Part shown: one piece after another, positions 9,257 to 15,871 of the stretch | Layout of the letters: each line of letters opens with the position of its first letter | How positions within the stretch are numbered: the first letter of the stretch is position 1 | Assembly (NCBI GenBank): GCA_023422005.1 | Contig: JAEZSC010000186.1 | Coordinates: forward strand, 30,219-94,218 | Reading direction: 5' to 3' | DNA length: 64,000 nt | Source of the DNA: Bacillota bacterium | GTDB taxonomy: Bacteria; Bacillota; Clostridia; Christensenellales; UMGS416 | The notes under the pieces: generated by a model | What the model saw: the letters and a program-made list of their open reading frames with translations, nothing else | Databases searched by the model: none | Told to the model about the DNA's origin: nothing | Translations under genes and position numbers: made by a program

Positions 9257-9477
9257 AAGAAGAGTAAGAGGCCGACCGCCGATTGATTCGGCGGGAGGAA
9301 ATGGGAATAAGCAGAACGAAAAAGTAAAAACCCGCTCGCAGGCGCTTGGCGACATGTCCGCAAGGGAATTCGATTGCGGATTGCCGGTCGGCCCACAGGA
9401 CGATGCAGCGGCGGGCGACCAGAGATGCCGGAACAGGGAGGCTAAATCGCCAAGGCGCCACAGCGCCGAAGGCGAAA
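9257..9477. repeat. Mosaic GC-rich intergenic repeat element (shares modules with 51486-51654)
   Basis: Modules gaagaa..gccgaccg, gcgggaggaaat...aaaaacccgc.c.caggcg and aatcgccaaggcgccacagcgcc recur in the same order at 51486-51654. Confidence 0.6.
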
Positions 9478-9486
9478 AGGAGATGT

Positions 9487-9702
9487 ATGGACCATAGATT
9501 TGGCTTGGGCGACCGCGTGATGATGAAGAAGGAGCACCCCTGCGGCAGCGGTACTTGGCAGGTCATCCGCATCGGCGCCGACATCAAGATCAAATGCGAG
9601 GGCTGCGGCCGCATCGTGATGCTGGATCGCGCCACCTTTGAAAAGAGGCTGAAAAAAGTTGTTGACAGAAAATCGGAGGACGCACAGGATGCCCAAAGCT
9701 AA
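9487..9702 (+). CDS. DUF951 family small protein
   Basis: ATG 9487 follows AAGGAG. MDHRFGLGDRVMMKKEHPCGSGTWQVIRIGADIKIKCEGCGRIVML is the conserved DUF951 pattern with a CxxC pair. Confidence 0.65.
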   Translation: MDHRFGLGDRVMMKKEHPCGSGTWQVIRIGADIKIKCEGCGRIVMLDRATFEKRLKKVVDRKSEDAQDAQS

Positions 9703-10252
9703 GGAAACCAGAAAGAACTCCGCTGGCCGCGAGGTGCTGGAGTGGGTGATCTCGCTGGCGGTGGCCGTGGGCCTGGCGCTGGCGGTGCATACGTGGGTGG
9801 GTCAGCTGGTCACCGTGGAGGGGCCCTCCATGAATCCGGGGCTGTGGTCCAACGAGCGCGTGCTGGTGGGCCGGGTGGAGTATTATTTCCGCCAGCCCCG
9901 CCTGGGAGACATCGTGCTCACCCGCTTCCCCAACAGCAGCGAGCATTACATCAAGCGCGTGATCGGCGTGGGCGGCGACCGCATCGCTGTGACCGAAGGC
10001 GTGCTCTATCTCAACGGCCAGCAGGTGCAGGAACCCTATCTGATGGATTCCAGCATGGATATGGATTTTGAGGAGCTGACCGTGCCCGAGGGCAGCGTGT
10101 TCGTCATGGGCGACAACCGCAACAACAGCGAGGATTCGCGCATCGTTGGCCCGCTGCCGCTTTCCAACATCGAGGGCCGCGCATACACCATCGTGTGGCC
10201 CTTGAGCAAGTGGAAGCAGATCACCACCTATGACGGCCGCGTGGGCGCCTGA
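9689..10252 (+). CDS. lepB: Signal peptidase I
   Basis: Boxes GPSMNPG (catalytic Ser), YIKRVIGVGGD (catalytic Lys) and GDNRNNSEDSR. I take ATG 9689 rather than the track start at 9659. Confidence 0.9.
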   Translation: MPKAKETRKNSAGREVLEWVISLAVAVGLALAVHTWVGQLVTVEGPSMNPGLWSNERVLVGRVEYYFRQPRLGDIVLTRFPNSSEHYIKRVIGVGGDRIAVTEGVLYLNGQQVQEPYLMDSSMDMDFEELTVPEGSVFVMGDNRNNSEDSRIVGPLPLSNIEGRAYTIVWPLSKWKQITTYDGRVGA

Positions 10253-10295
10253 TATCCTTGTAACGCCATCTGCAACAACATAGAAGGACGTGGGT

Positions 10296-11183
10296 ATGAG
10301 CAAGAACGGGCACACCAACACCGAGGTCCGGGAGACCCCCGGCAGCTGGTTGCTGCGCTTCATCAAGGGCGCCATCATCATCGCCGGGTTCCTGCTGCCG
10401 GGCATCAGCGGCGGCGTGCTGGCCGTGGTGCTGGGCATCTACGAGCCGCTGATGCGCATATTGGGCAACCCGAAAACCCTGTTTCAACGCGATACCCTTC
10501 GGTTCTTTCTGCCGGTCGTGCTGGGCGCGGGCGCGGGCATGATCCTGTTCGCGTGGCTGCTCTCTGCTCTGCTGGATCGCTACGCCGCCTTCGTGATGTG
10601 GTTTTTCATCGGCGGTATCGTCGGCACATTCCCTTCGCTGTACCGCACTGCCGGGCAGCGGGGCCGCACACCGGGCCAGTGGGTGCTGGCGGGGGTATTC
10701 GTCATCGTCACCGCCTGGGGGCTGCACCTGCTGAACCCCGGCGTTGAGGAAGCAGCTGCCGCCATCGCGCCGGTAATGCCCGTGAACAGCCTGTGGACAT
10801 GGCTGTTTGCCGGGGCTTTGATGGGCCTGGGCACGGTGCTGCCGGGCCTGAGCCCCTCCAACTTCCTGCTTTTCCTGGGATTGCTGACGCCGCTGATGGC
10901 CGGCATCAAGTCGTTGGATCCATTGGTCGTGCTTGGCGCGGCGGCGGGCTTTGTCGTATGCGCTCTGGCGCTTGCCAGGCTTATGAACTGGCTGTTTGAC
11001 CGTTTCCACGGTTGGATGTACCATGCGATACTGGGCATCGTCGTGGGTTCCACGCTGGTCATATTGCCCGGGGATTTCCTGACCGCGGTGTTGAGCGCGG
11101 GCATCTTTGTGCTGGGCCTGGCGGCTTCGCTATGGATGGGCGAGAAAGAATCGCTAAAGGACCAGGCATTGCAGGATAAATAA
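10296..11183 (+). CDS. DUF368 family membrane protein (candidate polyprenyl-phosphate translocase, PopT-like)
   Basis: Polytopic protein with the DUF368 signature LLPGISGGVLAVVLGIY, repeated later as VLPGLSPSNFLLFLG. ATG 10296 follows GAAGGA. Confidence 0.75.
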   Translation: MSKNGHTNTEVRETPGSWLLRFIKGAIIIAGFLLPGISGGVLAVVLGIYEPLMRILGNPKTLFQRDTLRFFLPVVLGAGAGMILFAWLLSALLDRYAAFVMWFFIGGIVGTFPSLYRTAGQRGRTPGQWVLAGVFVIVTAWGLHLLNPGVEEAAAAIAPVMPVNSLWTWLFAGALMGLGTVLPGLSPSNFLLFLGLLTPLMAGIKSLDPLVVLGAAAGFVVCALALARLMNWLFDRFHGWMYHAILGIVVGSTLVILPGDFLTAVLSAGIFVLGLAASLWMGEKESLKDQALQDK

Positions 11184-11444
11184 CAGGGCACTCGTCCTTC
11201 TGCCCGGAATTTATATAGAATTTCTGCAAGATTTTTTTCCCAAAGTGCCAGGCGTTCGAGCAATTGCCTGGCATTTTGCGCCTCTTCTTGTGGATAATGC
11301 AACTTTTTGCCGTGAAAGACACAACAGGTGCCACCCATCGCCAAAGTTGGCGAATATTGTAATACGCAAAAAAGAACTTGCAAATCGCACTTATTGGTGC
11401 TACTTTATATGCAAAGATGAGAACGGCTCAAAGCCTTGATCATC

Positions 11445-11527
11445 GACAAAGGTAAACCTGCTGAAAGGCAGCGACACAAAGCTACAGGGCCTACGGGCGA
11501 AAGCCTATGGCAGCCAGTTGCCGAAAG
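11445..11527 (+). promoter_or_regulatory. c-di-GMP-I (GEMM-I) riboswitch aptamer, copy 1
   Basis: aaaGGUAAACC-ugcuGAAAggcag-CGACACAAAGCuacaGGGcc...GAAA...ggCAGCCAGUUGCCGAAAG matches the GEMM-I consensus GGCAAACC..GNRA..GACGCAAAGC..CAGCCGGUUGCC. The G-C/U-A pairs replace Vc2 G21-C46/C22-G45. Confidence 0.8.
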
Positions 11528-11584
11528 ATAGGGGCGTCCCATGTGCGGGCGAGCCGCTTGGCTTGTCGCATCAAGGAGCGTGGC

Positions 11585-11618
11585 ACCCGTTTTCCGGCAA
11601 CGGAAAACGGGTTTTTTG
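11585..11618 (+). terminator. Intrinsic terminator after riboswitch copy 1
   Basis: acccgttttccg gcaa cggaaaacgggt: a 12-bp stem followed by TTTTTT. Confidence 0.75.
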
Positions 11619-11833
11619 TCGTTTCCCTCAAATCTTTACCTTCGTCTTTCCCCAGGAACCGACCGGGGGTTCACCCCCCGGGAGGAAACCAACACCGGAG
11701 TGGTCCCCGCTTTGCAGAACCCGCCCGCAGGCGGTCCCTCGTATCCTGAAAAACGGTTACGAGACGTAAAGTGAGCCGCAGCCTGGCGACAGTTATCGCC
11801 AGGCAAAAACGAAAAGACCGTCACAAGACGTCC

Positions 11834-11866
11834 AAATCGCCGAGGCGCCGCAGCGCCGAGGCGAAA
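11834..11866. repeat. Double mini-hairpin repeat core (CGCC-ga-GGCG x2)
   Basis: aaatcgccgaggcgccgcagcgccgaggcgaaag. Related copies at 9445-9477, 35071-35100, 46951-46986 (reverse complement) and 47484-47512. Confidence 0.6.
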
Positions 11867-11873
11867 GGGCACC

Positions 11874-11956
11874 GATAATAGTAAACCTGCCGAAAGGCAG
11901 CGACACAAAGCTACAGGGCCTACGGGCGAAAGCCTATGGCAGCCAGTTGCCGAAAG
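11874..11956 (+). promoter_or_regulatory. c-di-GMP-I (GEMM-I)-type riboswitch aptamer, copy 2 (A at the position-20 equivalent)
   Basis: 11881-11956 is 75/76 identical to 11452-11527. The single change, U to C, makes the P2 stem CUGCC-GAAA-GGCAG perfect. The 5' flank differs (aauaGUAAACC). Confidence 0.8.
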
Positions 11957-12018
11957 CCGCGCATCGTTCCACTCCCATGGGTGGGGTCTATTCCCCATTC
12001 GTTGTGAAAGGAACCTTC

Positions 12019-12055
12019 AGCCGCAGCCGGCAACGACCGGGCTGCGGCTTTTTTG
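12019..12055 (+). terminator. Intrinsic terminator after riboswitch copy 2, 22 nt upstream of the Tad operon start
   Basis: agccgcagccgg caacga ccgggctgcggct: a 12-bp stem with one bulge, followed by TTTTTT. Confidence 0.75.
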
Positions 12056-12076
12056 ATCGGAAAACAGGAGGGCTTC

Positions 12077-12745
12077 ATGGACCAGTGGATGATGACGATG
12101 ATGCTGTTGTTGGGCGCGGCTTCCGGCTGGGCACTGCTGCCCTACACGTCGTGGATCGTCACCTTGCGGTCAGGCGGCTCTCTGGCCATCCGCCGAGAGG
12201 CCCCAAGCGCGCTGCTCGCGGCCGCGCCTCTGGTCGGCGGCATCGGCTGGGCGCTGTGCTGGGCGCTGGCCCCCACGCCGCTGGAAGCCGTGGAGCTGGC
12301 GCTGCTGCTGACCGCGACGCTGGCGCTCACCGCCATCGACCTGCGCATCCGCGTGATCCCCAATGAGCTGGTGATGGCGCTGCTGCTCTTGAGCACAGCC
12401 TTCGCATTGATGGAGCATGGCATCGCAGCGCTGCCGCTGCGCTTGCTGGGCATGGCCGCGGCGCTGGTGCTCTTCCTGGGCACGGCCCTGCTGGGTGTCA
12501 GCAAAATTGGCGGCGGCGACATCAAGCTGGCCATGGCCATCGGCTTCGCCGCGGGCTGGCCCAACATACTGGTAGCCGTGGCGGCCATGGGCTTGGCGGC
12601 GCTGGCTTCCCGCCTGTGGGACAGCCAGCCCTGGAGCCTGCGCCTGAAGACCCAACTGCCCTTTGCGGGCTTCTTGATGATCGGCCTGCTGGCCGCGCTG
12701 GTTTTGGATAAGGCGCGCCTGCTGGCCCCCCTGCTGGGCTCGTGA
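12077..12745 (+). CDS. Prepilin peptidase, A24 family (TadV/CpaA-like)
   Basis: ATG 12077 follows GGAGGG. Polytopic, with the aspartyl-protease motif GGGDIKLAMAIG and an upstream IDLRIRVIPNE region. Confidence 0.85.
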   Translation: MDQWMMTMMLLLGAASGWALLPYTSWIVTLRSGGSLAIRREAPSALLAAAPLVGGIGWALCWALAPTPLEAVELALLLTATLALTAIDLRIRVIPNELVMALLLLSTAFALMEHGIAALPLRLLGMAAALVLFLGTALLGVSKIGGGDIKLAMAIGFAAGWPNILVAVAAMGLAALASRLWDSQPWSLRLKTQLPFAGFLMIGLLAALVLDKARLLAPLLGS

Positions 12746-12851
12746 GGTGGAGAGGGGGAAGGGGCGATGAGCCCATAAAGCGCGGTCGGAATAAACCCAT
12801 ACATATCATGGCACAAACACGAACCGAAAAGAAAACAGAAGGAGTGCAGTC

Positions 12852-13025
12852 ATGAAAAACGTCGTCAAGCTGTTCAAGAGCGAAGAAGGACAAGGCATGG
12901 TGGAGTACGGCCTGATCATCGCGCTGGTGGCCGTGGTGGCCATCGTGGGTCTGGCGCTGCTGGGCCCCAAGATCAAGGAAATGTTCACGAACATCGCCGG
13001 CAAACTGAACGCCAACCCGACCTGA
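12852..13025 (+). CDS. flp: Flp/Fap family type IVb pilin, copy 1 (57 aa)
   Basis: Below the ORF-track size cutoff. My translation: MKNVVKLFKSEEGQGMVEYGLIIALVAVVAIVGLALLGPKIKEMFTNIAGKLNANPT. Flp processing motif G/MVEYGLI; GAAGGAG RBS. Confidence 0.85.
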   Translation: MKNVVKLFKSEEGQGMVEYGLIIALVAVVAIVGLALLGPKIKEMFTNIAGKLNANPT

Positions 13026-13057
13026 CGCGGAAACCGCAGAAAAAGAAGGAGATTGTC

Positions 13058-13231
13058 ATGAAAAACATCGTTAAGCTGTTCAAGAGCGAAGAAGGCCAGG
13101 GCATGGTGGAATACGGCCTGATCATCGCGCTGGTGGCCGTGGTGGCCATCGTGGGTCTGGCGCTGCTGGGCCCGAAGATCAAGGATATGTTCACGAACAT
13201 CGCCGGCAAACTGAACGCCAACCCGACGTAA
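13058..13231 (+). CDS. flp: Flp/Fap family type IVb pilin, copy 2 (57 aa)
   Basis: MKNIVKLFKSEEGQGMVEYGLIIALVAVVAIVGLALLGPKIKDMFTNIAGKLNANPT. AAGGAGA RBS. Two substitutions relative to copy 1. Confidence 0.85.
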   Translation: MKNIVKLFKSEEGQGMVEYGLIIALVAVVAIVGLALLGPKIKDMFTNIAGKLNANPT

Positions 13232-13266
13232 GCCCAGAACACCGAATAAGCGAAGGAGAGACTGTT

Positions 13267-13440
13267 ATGAAAAACATCGTCAAGCTGTTCAAGAGCGAAG
13301 AAGGACAAGGCATGGTGGAATATGGCCTGATCATCGCGCTGGTGGCCGTGGTGGCCATCGTGGGTCTGGCGCTGTTGGGCCCGAAGATCAAGGAAATGTT
13401 CACCAACATCGCCGGCAAGCTGGACGCCAACCCGACCTGA
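13267..13440 (+). CDS. flp: Flp/Fap family type IVb pilin, copy 3 (57 aa)
   Basis: MKNIVKLFKSEEGQGMVEYGLIIALVAVVAIVGLALLGPKIKEMFTNIAGKLDANPT. AAGGAGAG RBS. Confidence 0.85.
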   Translation: MKNIVKLFKSEEGQGMVEYGLIIALVAVVAIVGLALLGPKIKEMFTNIAGKLDANPT

Positions 13441-13462
13441 CGCAGATTAGCGGGTTTGCTGC

Positions 13463-13509
13463 CTCCCGCGCGGTTCGTTCAGGGCGGGCCGCGCGGGAGC
13501 AGAGTTTTT
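13463..13509 (+). terminator. Hairpin plus U-tract after the pilin genes (probable attenuating terminator)
   Basis: ctcccgcgcgg...ccgcgcgggag: an 11-bp GC stem followed by cagagTTTTT. Confidence 0.55.
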
Positions 13510-13529
13510 AGAATCTGAAAGGTAGAACA

Positions 13530-13946
13530 ATGTCTCGATTTGCACGCGATCTGAAAAACAGAAAAGGGCAGTCGATGGTGGAGCTGGCTCTCGTGATGCC
13601 CATCCTGCTGCTGGTCGTGTGCGGAATTGTGGATTTTGGCTGGGTGTTCAGCAACAACATGATCACCAGCTACTCCAGCCGCGAGGGCGCCCGCATGGGC
13701 ACCATCGTGGCCGACCAGGCCGACGCCGCTGACCAGGTCACCGACCGCGTCATGGCCGTGACACCGGCCTTCGCCCACAGCGGCATCCAGGTTGCGACGG
13801 CATTCACCAATGCCGCGCAGCCCGAGGAGGGAGACGTCAAGGTAACGGTGCGCTATACGTTCCCGCTGCTGACGCCCTTTGCCCAGATCATCTTCGGCAG
13901 GACGACCTATACGACGGTGAGCACCTGCCAGATGAAGGCGGAATAA
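13530..13946 (+). CDS. tadE: TadE-like pseudopilin / pilus assembly protein
   Basis: N-terminus KGQSMVELALVMPILLLVVCGIVDFGWVF is the TadE-like hydrophobic segment. Confidence 0.8.
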   Translation: MSRFARDLKNRKGQSMVELALVMPILLLVVCGIVDFGWVFSNNMITSYSSREGARMGTIVADQADAADQVTDRVMAVTPAFAHSGIQVATAFTNAAQPEEGDVKVTVRYTFPLLTPFAQIIFGRTTYTTVSTCQMKAE

Positions 13947-13962
13947 GAAAGGAAGCATACCC

Positions 13963-15039
13963 ATGCCGGCCAAACTTCTGATCGACCTGTGGAAAAACAC
14001 CCGCGGCGCCACGATGATACTGGCGACCGTCGTCATGGTCGCGGCGCTGGGCTTCACCGCCGTTGTCGTGGATATCGGCACCGTGGCGCTGGAGAAGCAG
14101 CGCATGCAGAACGCCATCGACGCGGCTTCGCTGGCCGCCGCCCGCGACCTGCCCGATACGGCCAAGGCCGCGGCCACCGCCGTGGAATACATCGAAAAGA
14201 ACGGTTATCAGGCGAGCGATGTCAACATCGCCTTTACCGACGACGATACCGTGATCCGCATCAACGGCAGCAAGCGGGTGGATTACACCTTCGGCCGCGT
14301 GCTGGGGCTCTCGGGCACCACGATTACGCCCGAGGGCGCCGCGGGTTTGGGCCGCGCGGGAGGGGCCTTCGGTTATGCGATCTTCTCCGGCAGCACTTCG
14401 TCCACGCTGTCCCTCAACGGCAGCGAATATTACGTAAAGGGCAGCACCCATACCAACTACAAGTTTGTCGGAAACGGCTCTCGCCTGACCATCACCGGCG
14501 CCTGCGAAGCGGTCAAGACGGTCACCATCAACGGCTCCAAGATCGACGTGCCCACCCGCATCCCCAATGCGCCGTTTATCGAGATGCCGGACTTTTCCGA
14601 GGAGATCCGCCGGCAGGCTGAGGCTGCCGGCCAGCTCTTCAACGGCAACAAGACCTACAACGGCAGCTCCATCGATGTGTCCGCGCCAATCTATGTCAAC
14701 GGCAACGTCACCATCAACGGCAGCAAATTCCACGGTGTGGGTTGCATCTTCGCCACGGGCTCCATCACCTTCAACGGCAGCTCCCAGAAAGTGAGCACCG
14801 GCGACGCCATCTGCATCTACAGCAAGACCGGCAGTATCACCGTCAACGGCTCCGCCGCCACGATCGATGGCATCCTCTACGCACCCAACGGCAGCGTCAA
14901 CATGAACGGCTCCAGCCAGCAGGTCAATGGCCGTGTCATCGGCAATACCGTGAACCTCAACGGCAGCGCCATCCGCGTCATCAGCAGCGAAGAGGACCTC
15001 AGGAGCATTCCGATCACCTACGTGCGGCTGGTCCGCTAA
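13963..15039 (+). CDS. TadG-like (Tad N-terminal domain) protein with an NGS-repeat C-terminal region
   Basis: RGATMILATVVMVAALGFTAVVVDIGTVALEKQRMQNAIDAASLAAA matches the Tad/TadG N-terminal domain. It is followed by 11 N-G-S tripeptides in a periodic pattern. Confidence 0.7.
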   Translation: MPAKLLIDLWKNTRGATMILATVVMVAALGFTAVVVDIGTVALEKQRMQNAIDAASLAAARDLPDTAKAAATAVEYIEKNGYQASDVNIAFTDDDTVIRINGSKRVDYTFGRVLGLSGTTITPEGAAGLGRAGGAFGYAIFSGSTSSTLSLNGSEYYVKGSTHTNYKFVGNGSRLTITGACEAVKTVTINGSKIDVPTRIPNAPFIEMPDFSEEIRRQAEAAGQLFNGNKTYNGSSIDVSAPIYVNGNVTINGSKFHGVGCIFATGSITFNGSSQKVSTGDAICIYSKTGSITVNGSAATIDGILYAPNGSVNMNGSSQQVNGRVIGNTVNLNGSAIRVISSEEDLRSIPITYVRLVR

Positions 15040-15066
15040 CATCCGGCGTAACAGGGGAGTTTTTCT

Positions 15067-15858
15067 GTGAAGAAGATTAGGATCATCGCCGCAATAGCCG
15101 CGGTCGTACTTGCCATCAGCGTCTATGTGTATCTGGACAGCCTGAAAAAGCCGCCGGTGGAAGCGCCGCGTTCGCCGGTGGTTGTGGCCAAGGTGGCCAT
15201 TCACGCCGGCGACGTCATCGGTGAGGACATGGTTTCGATCATCAGCCTGCCCAGCGAGTCGGTGCTGACCGGCGCTGCCCGCACGACCGATGAGGTCGTC
15301 GGGCGCATCAGCGACCGCAACACCGAGGCCGGCGAACAGCTGCTGGTGTCGCGCTTTCTGCAGCCCGGCGAATCCAACGGCGGTTTGAGCTACGTCGTGC
15401 AGAGCGGCATGCGGGCTGTAACCATCCCCACCGACGCCATCAACGGCGTGGCTGGCATGATCAAGCCCCGCAACCGTGTGGATTTGCTGGTTTCGCTGGA
15501 CCTGGCTCTGGGTGTGGACAAGACCGCCGCACCGCGCCCCACGATGGACCCCGAAGCCGTCGTGGGCGGCAGCGCCGACGGTGAGCCGGCGCTGCCACCC
15601 ACCAAGCGCTACTCCATCGTCGCCATGCAGAACATACTGGTGCTGGCCGTTGGCCAGAGCATGGATACGGGCAGCGATGCCGGGCGGGACGCTGTGGCGG
15701 GGGCGGGCACCATCACGCTGCAGGTGACGCCGGAACAGGCGCAGAAGATCAACCTGGCGGCCTCCATGGCCGGCACGATCCGTCTGACGCTGCGTTCGCA
15801 GCTGGACACCGAGACCCAGGATTTGCCGCCCATGGACGAGACTGTATTTTACAAGTAA
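15067..15858 (+). CDS. cpaB: Flp pilus assembly protein CpaB/RcpC
   Basis: GTG start, N-terminal TM anchor, SAF-like segment VVVAKVAIHAGDVIGEDMV, and position within the tad operon. Confidence 0.8.
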   Translation: MKKIRIIAAIAAVVLAISVYVYLDSLKKPPVEAPRSPVVVAKVAIHAGDVIGEDMVSIISLPSESVLTGAARTTDEVVGRISDRNTEAGEQLLVSRFLQPGESNGGLSYVVQSGMRAVTIPTDAINGVAGMIKPRNRVDLLVSLDLALGVDKTAAPRPTMDPEAVVGGSADGEPALPPTKRYSIVAMQNILVLAVGQSMDTGSDAGRDAVAGAGTITLQVTPEQAQKINLAASMAGTIRLTLRSQLDTETQDLPPMDETVFYK

Positions 15859-15871
15859 GGCAGGAATCGCT

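Noticed and set aside
11507-11998. ORFs 11507..11749, 11518..11769, 11541..11774 and 11636..11998 in the riboswitch region.
   Set aside because: They overlap the aptamers and terminators. Three overlapping frames are open because of GC content. No SD at a suitable distance.
12850-13440. Three direct repeats with a period of about 206-209 nt could be mistaken for a short repeat array.
   Set aside because: Each unit is a complete flp pilin gene with its own RBS. The repeats (174 nt) are far longer than the spacers (32-35 nt). Not CRISPR-like.
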